This document shows, piece after piece, positions 13,153 to 26,953 of a stretch of 64,000 bases of DNA. The notes below the pieces were generated by a model that searched no databases, was not told the DNA's origin, and saw only the letters and a list, made by a program, of their open reading frames with translations. The stretch's first letter is position 1. Each line of letters opens with the position of its first letter. Position numbers and translations under genes: made by a program. Source of the DNA: Octopus bimaculoides (Eukaryota); the NCBI RefSeq assembly GCF_001194135.2, contig NC_068994.1:40325152-40389151 (forward strand), given 5' to 3'.

Positions 13153-14299
13153 GTATGTGTATATATATATGTTTATGTATGTATATTTATATATATATAT
13201 ATATATATATATGTTACATACACATACATATGTATATACTCTGGTGAGGCCTTAATTATTCATAATACAAATTTGAGATGAGCAGGATCAATACACATGA
13301 TCTCTCTGTATTTGCTATCATGCAGGTTTGAACTTCAAATGACAATTAATTTGTTGTTATCGTGGTTGGCTAGGCTGCTCAATATTCTCTTTGCCCTAAA
13401 GAAGAGTAAGATTTAATTATTTGTTTTCTGTAGGTTGAATGTGTATTGAGAACTGAAATCCATTGAGAGCGTCTATATAATATGAGAACAGTACAGAAAC
13501 ACTTGATTGCCATTAAAAACTACCTCTCATTGATTCTAAACTTAATCCCCCCCCCCCAAAAAAAATACGGTTACACAAGTGCCATGCATCAAGAAGGAAA
13601 CAGATACCCAATAACATAACAAATCTCTGAAATGGGTTGGTTGCCAATTGTGGAAGTGGCAGACAATATGTAAATTAGTTGGTGTTTCTCTCTATGAAAT
13701 CAACCACAAATGATTTTGTTATGATTAATGTAATAATGATTTCAAATTTGGCACAAGACCATTAAGTTCAGAGGTGTGGGGTGGGGAAGGAAAAAGTCAA
13801 TTTCATTGACCCCAAGGCTCAAGTGGTACTTATTTTGTCGACCCCAAAAGGATGGCAGTATTTGAACTGAGGACATATAGATGGACAAAATGCCACTAAA
13901 CACTTTGCCTGGTGTGCTAATGGTTCTGCCAGCTCGCTGCCACACATGAGTAATGTAATAACAACAACAATTTAATTGACATTTCAAGTTCAAATTTATA
14001 CAATAGTGGCTAAAAGGAAAATCTATTCCTTGTGTGTTCACAACGGTTATTAATCCTGTGTACTTGCCTCATTATACGTAACTCTCAGTATGCTTGCTTA
14101 TAATCCGACTGCATCTCTTCTGCATCTTTAGTTTAAAATAAATGCATAGAATGTTCATCCTCTCATTTTCTACAAATTGAACACAACCATTTTGCTGATT
14201 GTAGCAAGTTTTCTTCTTTCTTGCTAACTAGAACTTCAGTCTTGGCTAAATTTAATATGATGCCTTTCGATTAGGTTTTGCTCCCAGGTCTGGAATTTC

Positions 14300-14540
14300 C
14301 TTGCCAAATCAACTAAGATCTTACTAAAATTCCTTACATAGGAATTTCAACAAACAGATGGTCTTAAGCCCTTCTGATAGGACATCTAAGACTATATTCA
14401 ACAAGAGGAGACTGAGAAATGTGCTCTGATGGACCACTATTTGTTTTCTAAAGCCATCACTAAACTCATTGCTAATACTCATTGCTATCTGAATGTTGAT
14501 ACAAACATGGACAAGCCATTCATCTAACACTAGTTACCAT
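14300..14540 (-). mobile_element. Degenerate RTE reverse transcriptase fragment
   Basis: VVHQSTFLSLLLLNIVLDVLSEGLKTICLLKFL resembles the GVHQGSVLSPLLF..VL..LS....GCPWELL(YADD) region of RTE RTs. Confidence 0.6.
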
Positions 14541-15319
14541 AGGAAGCACAAAATCACAGGGCATGATTTTCAATCAAAATCCTTATATATGTTGAAAAAT
14601 AACAAGTATAGGGGGCTTATTCCTTACTAAGTACTTTTCCTTTGGTTGTTTCACAATGAAGATGGCATGGGTAATTCTCTCATTTTTTTGTTTTTGTGTA
14701 CAAATCCAAACCGATCTGATCATCTTGGCTAATTCCCTTATCAATTGATTGTGCAATGACACTTTTCATACCTTTCAAAACCTGATCCAATTGTTTGAGT
14801 GTTTGTTTCTATTGCATCACCTTTGCCTTTGCAGCAGCTGATGAATATGCAAAACCAACTGTTGGGAATGGCACCTTTCTGTATAATTTACTTCCTCCTT
14901 TCATTCCTTCTCTGCCTCATCGTTGTTTTAAGCTCATTTTCCATGCTTTCGTTGGATTGATGAAATTTACTGAGGTAGATTTTCTATGGCCCAGATGCCC
15001 TCCTTAGTACCAACCCTGACCTGTTTTTCAAGAATCTGTTTCCCCGTTGTTAAACATATTATCAAGAAGACTAGAAGCTCACAACCCCACATGTAAAACG
15101 ACGATACATGCTTACAATGATCATGCTCTGTCAAGGCAAGCTTGATACAAACACACACAGATGCACACAAACACATATATGGCATGCTTTTTCAATGTCT
15201 GGTCACTACTTGCCTTGGCAGATCTGATGTTATAGTCTGATACTGTGCACTGAGATTGAACCCAAACCCACAAGCTTGAGAATTGAAGTTCTTAAACCTG
15301 CAGCCATACCTGCACCTTA

Positions 15320-15545
15320 TATATGTAGATATCATCATCCTCACCATGTTAACGTCCACTTTTTCAATGCCTGGATGGATCAGATAGAGGATTTTGAGAC
15401 AGATGTTCTACAGCTGGATGCCCTTCCTGTTACCAACCTGTACCTGTTTCCAATCAAGGTAATATTTCAATATGGCCAGACATGTTTTTGTAGAATACTA
15501 GAAATGAACCATACTCATTTACAAGAATCATACAACGTCAACACA
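15320..15545 (-). mobile_element. RTE-like 3' tail remnant
   Basis: catcatcctcaccatgttaacgtccac..tctacagctggatgcccttcct shares blocks with the RTE tail. Confidence 0.55.
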
Positions 15546-15824
15546 AGAAAACACAAAAACGAATGCACTCACTCACACACACATGTGCATGTATGCACAC
15601 ACACATGTGCATGTATGCACACACACATGTGCATGTATGCACACACACATGTGCATGTATGCACACACACATGCCTGCACATTCACATGCACAATATGCT
15701 TTTTTCATTTTCCAACTACCAAATTTCCTTACACGTCTTTGAATAGCNNNNNNNNNNNCACACACACACACGTATGTGTATATATATATGCGTGCGTGTA
15801 TATATTTACATATATAAATATATT

Positions 15825-15878
<54 letters not shown>

Positions 15879-16403
15879 GAGGGGGGGAAGAGCTAGATAG
15901 ATAGATAAATAGATTAAACACATAAATACATACATATGTTTACATATATAATTACATACATGCATGCATGCACACACTCACTCACACACACGTACACACA
16001 CGTACATACATAGACATATATATAGACACACATTTGTGTGCATGTCTGTGTGTGTATGTAACCAGTGCTTTTGAATAAAAATATCTTGCATGCTATTTGT
16101 TCTACCAAACTTACACAGGCACTTTCTTGTCAATCTTGCCATGGGAGATATACAGACAACCGATGATTGATCCATTGGATATCTCTAACCATATTCTTCA
16201 CTAAAGATGTTATAAAAAAATGTAATAAATAAGCATTTTTATGATGTGAAAGAAAAATGTCCATTAAATGACAGTAAAATATATATTATATCTTGTTAGG
16301 AATAACTTTAGTTTATCATTAAGTATTGTGTTTTTTTTGTTTTGGTTTAATGCCTCTTCAGAATCTGTTATGTTGGATGTTCTGTTTCTTCCTTTGTACT
16401 ATG

Positions 16404-16500
<97 letters not shown>

Positions 16501-18021
16501 GTGTGTGTATGCATGTGAGGGAGTATGTACATGCATGCATGTGTGCATGCCTGTTTTGTTGCAATGCAAGCTGGTGTGTATCTCCCCTTCAAAAGGTTTC
16601 TATATCTCATATAGCATGCTTTGATCTGGCATTAGCATCAGCTGCATCTTCTGCTTGTTATGATCTATTTGAAACAGACAAACTTTCAGTAATCATACAA
16701 CTTTTCTATTATTTTCTTATCTTCAGCTTCCCTTTCAACGTTAGCCTTCTCAACAGAGACCTATATTTCATGAAGAGTGCTAATCTCATTTCACAATTCC
16801 TTTCTTTCTCTTACATACATATATATTTTGTCATTAATATTATTTTGATGGCTCTTGAATTATACCACAAAATTATCTAACCTTAATTAATGGATATTCA
16901 TAGCGTGCAATGTGTGTATGCATGTATGTGTATTAAGGACAGAGTATATATTCTTAAATGCTTGGAATATTACATATCTGTTTATAGCATGCAAACATCT
17001 CATATCCAAAATTTAACACTGATTAACAGCCAAGAATAACAATATTTGGAAGAGAAGCTGAAATCTCTATCTCATGATTGATTCATCTGCTTTGAAATGT
17101 TGTTATGCTATCATACTGTGAGTTGTCTTCAGAACATTATACTGTATTTCATGTATATAATATTACACAAATATATTTGCCCAAATATGTGTGTGTATGT
17201 GTGCTTGCATGCATGTATACATGCATAATATTCATATGGTTGTGTTTACTATTATGTGTTTCCAAGGTGCATTGAAAAAAGTATTTATTTCAAAATAATA
17301 AAAAAATTATATATGTATAATATATATTAAACAGAAAATTTTATTTACATAAGAAAATTAAATATAAAGGTATCATTTTAAAAAATTATATATTCATTTC
17401 ATCAATTTTTTTTCATACTTATCAGTAGGTTAATTATAATGATGGTTAATTCAATAAAAATTTGAAAATGCATTTTATAAATGTTTTAAAATCCACGAAA
17501 TTTCCAGTGATTATAAAGCTTGGAAAAGTTTAATACCAGTCTTTGAGTTTATGATGTAAACATTCCAACTAAAAAAATTAGCTGATAGTCTTTTTTTTTT
17601 CATCTTTGAATAAATCATATCTCATGTTTAGAGTTTTCTATGGATATGCATTATCCAATGCCAAAATGGTAATTGGTCAATATGTACAAATAGCATTGCT
17701 GTTCTTGAAAATATGACAGTTATATCCAACATTGAAAAAGTTCCTTTCCATGCAGCCAATAAAGAATCCAGGTCTGATTTTTTGTAATGATATTTTTTCC
17801 TTTTTTTTTCTATCATTTTATCAATGTACGACTAAACATTTCCTAATCTCCCCTCAAAATTCTATGTCAGTGAACTAAAAATGAATTGGTGACCAGTTCC
17901 ACTTGACTCAAGTCAAACAAAATCCTTTCAGTTGATATTTTCTGGTCATTCTTCTTTCCTGTGAGGTCTTTAAACATGCCATTGCAACTTCTTGCATCAC
18001 TTGAAATATCTTCAACCAGAT

Positions 18022-18065
<44 letters not shown>

Positions 18066-18566
18066 NNNNNNNNNNNNNNNNNNNNNNNNNNNNNNNNNNN
18101 NNNNNNNNNNNNNNNNNNNNNNNNNNNNNNNNNNNNNNNNNNNNNNNNNNNNNNNNNNNNNNNNNNNNNNNNNNNNNNNNNNNNNNNNNNNNNNNNNNNN
18201 NNNNNNNNNNNNNNNNNNNNNNNNNNNNNNNNNNNNNNNNNNNNNNNNNNNNNNNNNNNNNNNNNNNNNNNNNNNNNNNNNNNNNNNNNNNNNNNNNNNN
18301 NNNNNNNNNNNNNNNNNNNNNNNNNNNNNNNNNNNNNNNNNNNNNNNNNNNNNNNNNNNNNNNNNNNNNNNNNNNNNNNNNNNNNNNNNNNNNNNNNNNN
18401 NNNNNNNNNNNNNNNNNNNNNNNNNNNNNNNNNNNNNNNNNNNNNNNNNNNNNNNNNNNNNNNNNNNNNNNNNNNNNNNNNNNNNNNNNNNNNNNNNNNN
18501 NNNNNNNNNNNNNNNNNNNNNNNNNNNNNNNNNNNNNNNNNNNNNNNNNNNNNNNNNNNNNNNNNN

Positions 18567-18599
<33 letters not shown>

Positions 18600-19340
18600 T
18601 ATATACATACACATATATATAGAGATGCATATATACATATATATATACATCATGTATATGCATACAAATATGTGTATATATATATATATATATTTATATA
18701 GATATATAGACATGGATAATGCATATAATACATACATATATATACATATATATACACACATATATATATGTGAGCATGTATGCATATATTACCATGAACT
18801 ACAATACAATTTAAAATAAAAAAATAAGCTTATTTTTAAATGATGACCTTTGTAAATTTTACACAATGTTAAAAAATTTGGGGAATTTTTTATTATTATT
18901 CCACATTTTGATCAAGATTATTTTCATTTCTTTCAGTGCACCTCTTGTTTTGTTCTGTGACAACATTGAATTATAAGTAATTACTTATTTCCTATCAATT
19001 AAATAACAGTAAGCTCCAAGTTTATTGCGAAAGAGATGAAACAAAGAAACACCAATTATTTTCTTTCAACTTTAAAATTTAGCTTAACATGTAAAGAAAA
19101 AAAAAAAAAAAGAAGCTATTTTATATAATTCTAAATAAGAAAAATTCTTTTTGATAGCATTTTATAAAGTTTTGCAGTCCAATTAAATACTTTAGATGAA
19201 TTTTTATTTTTTTAAATAATAAAGAGGTGAGTGATTAGCAAAATAATTACAGCACCAAACAAAATATCATCATTATCATTATTATCGTCATTATCATCAC
19301 TATCCTCATCATTGTCATAACCACCACCACCACCACCACT

Positions 19341-19622
19341 GAGGGTTCCAGCTGATCTGACCAACAGAACAGCCTGCTCATGAAATTAACGGGCAAATGG
19401 CTGAGCACTCCACAGACATGTATACCCTTAACATAGTTCTCAGGGTGTGTCAACATGACACAAAGTGTGACAACACCGGCCCTTTGAAATACAGAGAGTT
19501 CTCATTTTTGCCAACATGAATTAAAGTGTCTTGCTCAAGTACACTACACATCACTGGGAATTGAACTCATGACCTTACAATCACGAACTGAATACCCTAA
19601 CCACTAAGCCACATGCTTTCAC
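19341..19622 (-). mobile_element. tRNA-derived SINE with CORE-like segment
   Basis: Minus strand: TGGCTTAGTGG A box, GAGTTCAATTCC B box, gtgtacttgagcaagacactt, followed by a GGT/GAT tail at about 19260-19340. Confidence 0.7.
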
Positions 19623-20285
19623 ACTATCCTATGCTATTTCCAGGATAAAACACATTCATGCAAACATAGTCACCCTCTGTTCATTCTCTCATACACATAA
19701 ATGTTCTCTCCCTAAAAGTGGCCCCCATTATCCATTGAAAACAAGATAGTCCTAAAAAAATAGAAATACTTCTTTTAATAGAAATATCTGGAGGTTATAC
19801 AATTTGATGAGAATGGGAAATATTAAATTTGTAAAGGGAAAATGAAAACAAAAGAACCCCAAAAGTATTGTGACAACTATATATAAAATAAAATATTATA
19901 TTATTGAGAATGGTACAACTTTGGAAATCAAAAAACAGAATGGTATTCCGAATTAAAGTCAAAATGACAAATCTCTCTGTTTCAAAAATACTCCAAAAAG
20001 TTGTCACTATGTGTATGTGTATAAGTTTGTAAGTGTTGTGTGTGTGTGTGTGTGTGTGTGTGAGTGTGTCTGTGTGCATGTGAGTGTGTGTGTGCATATG
20101 TATATATGTGCATGTGTGTGCATGTGTTTATGTGTGTATGTGTGTGTTTGTCTTTCAATGCATAAATGGTAAAATAAATGTGTATATCTGCGTGTGTGTG
20201 TATATAAATAGGTATATATGCATATATATATTATATATGTATTTATATATATATAACTTTATATATGAAAATATATATGTATATA

Positions 20286-20506
20286 TGTGGTCTGATCAAT
20301 ACGTATCCGGACTGTTGTCATAGTAATGAAGCTAAAGCATGCAGAATGAAGATGCTTGGCACAGACTGACTTTGAATTTTACTATGCATGGGTACAAAGT
20401 TTCAATGCTTTAGCTCATTTCTGTTGTTCACAGCAGTGCTTGGAAGGAAGGTATGTAGCATGTGATCATCGTGATGACCATAACAGAGAAAGTTGAACAG
20501 AGAATA
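20286..20506 (+). mobile_element. Mariner 5' end remnant
   Basis: TA-tgtggtctgatcaatacgtatccggac resembles a mariner TIR. It ends in MTITEKVEQRI, like the EQR start of mariner transposases. Confidence 0.55.
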
Positions 20507-20595
20507 TATATAATAGAATAATATCTTAACCGCGAAACGTTCGTATCCAATTAACTAAAGGCAGGTTTGTTTTTGCTTTTCACTCTGGTTTTTTG

Positions 20596-20839
20596 TTCTA
20601 TGTGTGCCATAAATATCGCCATCCATTTAGAGAAAAATTTGTAGTTTAGAATCAGTAGTTCTTTGACTGCTATTTCTAAATTTTCAGTATGTTGGAGAAG
20701 CAATTCAATGCTAATCCCTGTATATTTATGATGATAAATGATTTTACCGCTAAAGGTTTTTTCATACTGAACTACTTGGCAAAATTGTTAATTATTAATT
20801 CTATTACTAATTGACGATTCCCTGCCCTTATTCTTGTAT
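20596..20839 (-). mobile_element. AT-rich TA-anchored repeat (family F); near-identical inverted copy at 57999-58241, relatives at 31885-32238 and 36885-37139
   Basis: The reverse complement matches 57999-58241 with 8 mismatches in about 243 nt (counted by eye). All copies abut (TA)n and begin caa..aaggg(t/c)a.gg..tcaatt. Confidence 0.75.
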
Positions 20840-21113
20840 AATTTATATNNNNNNNNNNNNNNNNNNNNNNNNNNNNNNNNNNNNNNNNNNNNNNNNNNNN
20901 NNNNNNNNNNNNNNNNNNNNNNNNNNNNNNNNNNNNNNNNNNNNNNNNNNNNNNNNNNNNNNNNNNNNNNNNNNNNNNNNNNNNNNNNNNNNNNNNNNNN
21001 NNNNNNNNNNNNNNNNNNNNNNNNNNNNNNNNNNNNNNNNNNNNNNNNNNNNNNNNNNNNNNNNNNNNNNNNNNNNNNNNNNNNNTATATATGTATGGGT
21101 CAGCCACATTTAG

Positions 21114-21712
21114 GTGGCAATATATTTCACAATGTTGTGCTTCTACTGTTTACATCTCGCTCAGAGACTCAGAACTTGGACTTGTTATGAAAGGCATTTT
21201 AAATTGTTAAAACAGTTCCACAAAAAATGCCTTCATCGCATTTTAAAAATTAAATGGAGTTCTTTTACTCCAAACACAGATGTCCTTGCATCTGCAGGCA
21301 TCACCTCAATTAAAGCTGTGATTTTGAGGAACCAAATGAGATGGTGTGTTCGAATGGCAGATGAACGCATGCTGAAACAGCTGTTTTATGATGAGCTTGC
21401 AGAGGAGAAATGCTATCAGTGTAAACCTAAAAAAGGGTTAAGGGTGGCATAAGGACTAGTGTGAAATCACTTGGAATGGATCCAAAAGATATAGAAACCC
21501 TTGCTTCAGATCGAGTTAGATGGTGAACAAAAGTGTGGAGTGGAGTGCAAGCATTTGAAGAGGCCAGGATAATGCATGTAAGACTCAAAAGAGATCTAAG
21601 GAAGAATGTAACGATCGAGAAGGTGAATCATAATGACCTTTTTGTGTGCACAGTCTGTGACAGACCATGCCTGTCTTTTGCTGGGCTCAAATTTCATCTG
21701 TGAACCCATGAA
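21114..21712 (+). mobile_element. RTE/BovB-like LINE 3' fragment with C-terminal zinc-finger-like motif (pseudogenised)
   Basis: TWTCYERHFKLLKQFHKKCLHRILKIKW..NTDVL..QMRW..RMADERMLKQLFYDEL. After a frameshift: LASDRVRW*..FVCTVCDRPCLSFAGLKFHL*TH. Confidence 0.8.
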
Positions 21713-22052
21713 AAAGGAACTTCCACCAACTACTCTGCCATTATATATCTGTGCACATCTTACAATGCAGTGTATGCCAGAAGGTTTGAAAATCTAACGG
21801 AGGCTTCAAAAGACATTTTAATATCCACAAAAATCAGAACCTATCTGCAGTTCTTGGTGGTCCAAATAGGATGTACAATCTGTGTTGGTGTCTTTTCAGA
21901 ACGTAGTCTGGTTTAAAAAGCCTCATCAGATGCAATGATGGTGCTAAGGTGTAGGTACAGGAGGTGGTCAAACTCTGCATAAGGAGTGGTCAACCACCAT
22001 GTATATGTACATACATACATACATACATACATACATACACACNNNNNNNNNN

Positions 22053-22093
<41 letters not shown>

Positions 22094-22474
22094 TTATAGA
22101 CACACACAAGCATATATAAACACACATGCATGAACACACCATACACACACACACACACACACACAACATGCACAAATATATCTTGAAATTATATCCCCAT
22201 TTTTGTTGATACTTGTTAGAAATATTGCTGCTAGGTATTTGGGTTTTGTCCTCCATCCCTGCAGGAAATTCCAGTAAATTATGAATTTAGTTCATATAAC
22301 ATTTAGTACACCAGCCTTTAACTCAGTTATTCACATTTATGTCAGTGGCACCTTTCATGTTATTCTCTTAGCTCTTTCTCCTTTTAGACATACACAATAC
22401 ACTTAGACAAAAATATGTTACTATTTTCCTCTGTGTGGAAACTTTCCTCTAGTTTGCAGGCTTGACTATACTAT

Positions 22475-22518
22475 GCTATGCTGATGATGTCAAATAGACC
22501 GAAACATATGTCCATAAC
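22475..22518 (+). ncRNA. Minimal type I hammerhead ribozyme, near canonical
   Basis: GCTATG-CTGATGA-TGTC-AAATA-GACC-GAA-ACATATGT-C-CATAAC. Intact CUGAUGA and GAAA core, GUC triplet, stem I TATG/CATA, stem II GTC/GAC and palindromic stem III ACATATGT. The one deviation is T in place of G10.1. Confidence 0.75.
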
Positions 22519-23520
22519 CAACCCTTGTTTGTAAACAAAGATTAGGCTGTCCTTTATGATGCTTGACACTGAAATTGAGAAATTGTTTCTTGGTTTCTTT
22601 GTAATTTTCTCTACTTTTTCTATCAAGAATTTTGAGGAGATGTTGTGAGATTATTTCATTTCTTTGTTGTTACAGGAAATTTCTGTAAGTTTCAATTTTA
22701 ATATACAGTCTACTTAGTCCAGTACACCACTGTCTAATTATATATGTATTTACGTTCATACATATACAGTTATATGTAAATATATCTCAGTACAGAGATA
22801 TATGTATATATGCAGGGTGATAGAATATGTACCTGACTGAGTCATGTACAGGAGTTGATATATTTGGCTAAAAGCCATGGATGCTATGTCTCTGTATGGT
22901 TGCAGTCCAATGACTGAAACCAGAAAAGAAAGAAAAAGTACATCAGTATATATATATATATATATATATATATNNNNNNNNNNNNNNNNNNNNNNNNNNN
23001 NNNNNNNNNNNNNNNNNNNNNNNNNNNNNNNNNNNNNNNNNNNNNNNNNNNNNNNNNNNNNNNNNNNNNNNNNNNNNNNNNNNNNNNNNNNNNNNNNTAT
23101 ATATATAAATATATATATATTATGTATGCATCTATGTATCATTGCTATTATGTTAAACTGTTGTATGTCCAAATTTGGCCAAATGCGCTCTTTTCAATAT
23201 ATAGTTTTGCTTGCTATAGCCGATTCCATTGGTCAAACTATCGTATCTCCAGCCACTTCAGATGCCAAGTTATCAAAATTTGTCAAAGTGTAGTAGAATG
23301 GTTTTGCTATGGTATGGTGAAACTATTTTTTGATTTTGTGAAAAAGCAACATTTTGGACTTACGACACATTTGCATAATAGCAATGGTATGTATTTATGC
23401 ATGACTATCTATCTATCTATCTATCTATCTAATCGATTTATCTAGCTGGCTGGCTATTCTCTCTCTCTCTCAGTCTCTCTCTCACTCTCTCTCTCTTTCA
23501 CTCTCTCTCTCTCTCTCTCA

Positions 23521-23577
<57 letters not shown>

Positions 23578-24033
23578 CTATATGCATAATCACAAGATTG
23601 CATATGTATGTCTGTATGTATGCAATCATGTATATATCTATGTGTGTGTGAGAACTTCATTAGGTATGGAAATTAACATAGATAAATATAAATGCATACA
23701 CACACACACACACACACATTTAAATAATTCTATATGATTATACACACACACAGATGCACATACACATTTACAGAGAATGCCACTTTCATTAGTCCATATA
23801 GTATTACTATTAGATCTTTCTACTAATTTTCCATTAACTTGCTTGTTTTCCTCTAAAAGCTACAAGAGTAGCTGAAAGCCTGACTCCAAGAAATCTGCAG
23901 AAATTTGGATATGTCATTTTCTAAGCTTTCTTCATTAACATAATTGTTCAATTTGACAAAGAATTTAAGAATGATTTAATGGACTTTTTGTTTGAGAATT
24001 TCACCAATCAGTTAACATACATACATACATATA

Positions 24034-24075
<42 letters not shown>

Positions 24076-25919
24076 NNNNNNNNNNNNNNNNNNNNNNNNN
24101 NNNNNNNNNNNNNNNNNNNNNNNNNNNNNNNNNNNNNNNNNNNNNNNNNNNNNNNNNNNNNNNNNNNNNNNNNNNNNNNNNNNNNNNNNNNNNNNNNNNN
24201 NNNNNNNNNNNNNNNNNNNNNNNNNNNNNNNNNNNNNNNNNNNNNNNNNNNNNNNNNNNNNNNNNNNNNNNNNNNNNNNNNNNNNNNNNNNNNNNNNNNN
24301 NNNNNNNNNNNNNNNNNNNNNNNNNNNNNNNNNNNNNNNNNNNNNNNNNNNNNNNNNTATATATATATACTCTTATATATATGTACTCTTTCATTCTCTT
24401 ACTTGTTTCAGTTATTTGACTGCAGCCATGCTGGAGCACTGCCTTTAATCGAACAAACTAACCCCAGGACTTATTCTTTGTAACCCTAGTGCTTATTCTG
24501 TTGGGGTCTCTTTTGCTGAACTGTTAAGTTACAGGGATGTAGCCACACCAACAATTGTTGTCAAGCAATGGTGGGGGAAGACAAACACAAACACATAAAT
24601 ATACACATATACATATATATAAATATGTATATACGATAGGCTTCTTTCAGCTTCCGTCTGCCAAATCCACTCACAAAAGTTTGGTAGGCCTGAGCCTATA
24701 GCAGAAAACATTTGCCCAAGGTGCCAGACCTATGAACGCAGTCATATATACCTACACACCTGGAAAAAATTATGCATATGACACTACTACACACTCCATC
24801 CTCACAGGAGCACCAAATTGATAATACACACTTTCCCTACTTCAAGATAACTATTGCTGGCTTCACAGCATACCCAACCAAGGGACATAACTCCTAAACT
24901 AATCACCTGGCTCTCCTTTATCATTCCACCGCATATTTCACAGCAACTGCTGACCAGTTGTGCAAATCCACTTCTGACAATAGAGAGCAGTCGCCATATT
25001 CCCTTCCATACTAACTAACTCTGATGAGCGTAAATTTATCTGATCAGTTTGTTACCTAACNNNNNNNNNNNNNNNNNNNNNNNNNNNNNNNNNNNNNNNN
25101 NNNNNNNNNNNNNNNNNNNNNNNNNNNNNNNNNNNNNNNNNNNNNNNNNNNNNNNNNNNNNNNNNNNNNNNNNNNNNNNNNNNNNNNNNNNNNNNNNNNN
25201 NNNNNNNNNNNNNNNNNNNNNNNNNNNNNNNNNNNNNNNNNNNNNNNNNNNNNNNNNNNNNNNNNNNNNNNNNNNNNNNNNNNNNNNNNNNNNNNNNNNN
25301 NNNNNNNNNNNNNNNNNNNNNNNNNNNNNNNNNNNNNNNNNNNNNNNNNNNNNNNNNNNNNNNTATATATATATATATATATATATATGTACATATATGT
25401 GCATGTGTATACATAAATATGTATATAAGTATATAAGAGTGTATGTATGTATGTATGTATATATATATATCTGTTTATATATATATATGTATATGTATAT
25501 ATATACATACATACATGCACACACATGCACGCACACAAACACACACACACATACACATGTATGGTCCTTAATGCTATTACTCTTGGAGCAAATGCCTGCA
25601 ATTCATGTAACTCTTAACTTTTTGTTTTGGAAGCATAGAACAAGATGCAAGTTTGCATTACTTCCATCTGATTAAATATTTCTTTCAATTTTTGTTTCCC
25701 ATCGTTTTGACTCGAGAGTTAAAAATGGCTTTATTAAAATGTAACAAAATGAAGGTCTATAAAAGAAGGAAGAAAAAGTACATTATTTACTCTCACTTCA
25801 TGTTTGGCATTTTGTTTGAGAAATGGAATGTCAATTTAGCTGAAGCTTCAATGAAACTAAAGAGTATGAGGAACAAATAAACAGTCCTTTGGTAAGCAAT
25901 AGAAGGACATAACTCTATC

Positions 25920-25977
25920 CTACAGCACTGAATTATAAGGCCTGTAGTACTGTGATAATCTAAGGATGCCACATTTT
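25920..25977 (-). CDS. Candidate terminal coding exon, in phase with the 26954-27140 exon
   Basis: Acceptor ctacttttgttcacag|. Read in phase 2 it gives (R)KCGILRLSQYYRPYNSVL* with TAG at 25920-25922. AATAAA on the minus strand at 25730-25735. Confidence 0.4.
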
Positions 25978-26115
25978 CTGTGAACAAAAGTAGTAACTGC
26001 TATCAGAGGAAATTTTTCATCCCCTCTTCTTTTCATATGTTACCCCCATCTCTTGTAGCTATATTTATGTATGTATGTATATATGTATGTATGCATGTAT
26101 GTATGCATTTATATA

Positions 26116-26154
<39 letters not shown>

Positions 26155-26477
26155 NNNNNNNNNNNNNNNNNNNNNNNNNNNNNNNNNNNNNNNNNNNNNN
26201 NNNNNNNNNNNNNNNNNNNNNNNNNNNNNNNNNNNNNNNNNNNNNNNNNNNNNNNNNNNNNNNNNNNNNNNNNNNNNNNNNNNNNNNNNNNNNNNNNNNN
26301 NNNNNNNNNNNNNNNNNNNNNNNNNNNNNNNNNNNNNNNNNNNNNNNNNNNNNNNNNNNNNNNNNNNNNNNNNNNNNNNNNNNNNNNTATATATATATAT
26401 ATATATATGTATGTATGCATTTATAATATATATCTATAATATATATACTCCATGGTGGCCATTTGTATACACCCACT

Positions 26478-26512
<35 letters not shown>

Positions 26513-26953
26513 TATGTACACACATTGGCATCATGGCTACTTCAGGAATGTTAAACATTGAGAATTAGTTTACTATAGAAGTGTGTCTACATTTATTGTC
26601 TGAGTTTTGTAAAGGTAAAATTCTAGCTTCAAGCTAAAATTAGTTTTAATTCTATGCTGAATAAATGTGCTCTTAAGGTAATGATGCTCTATCGGAACTG
26701 TTGTGTGTATGTATGTTTGTGCGTTTATGTACACTATAAGGTAAGGAATTCCTTGGGTAGATTTATGATTTCTCTGATGTAAAGAAAAAGCATTTATTTT
26801 ATCTTTTGTAGAAAAATTCCAGCTTCATTCTCACAGTTATGGTGCATTATCTGACAAAGGAACACCATTGTAAAATGTTAACAAATATCATTAATATCAT
26901 AAAGATTGCAGGGTGGTGGTTTTGCAAAGCCATTAGAAACCCAAACAAAATAC

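Noticed and set aside
16560-17830. Protein-like open stretches near 16.6-16.8 kb and 17.6-17.8 kb
   Set aside because: Both strands give plausible short peptides, the splice signals are weak, and no consistent phase chain or known motif was found.
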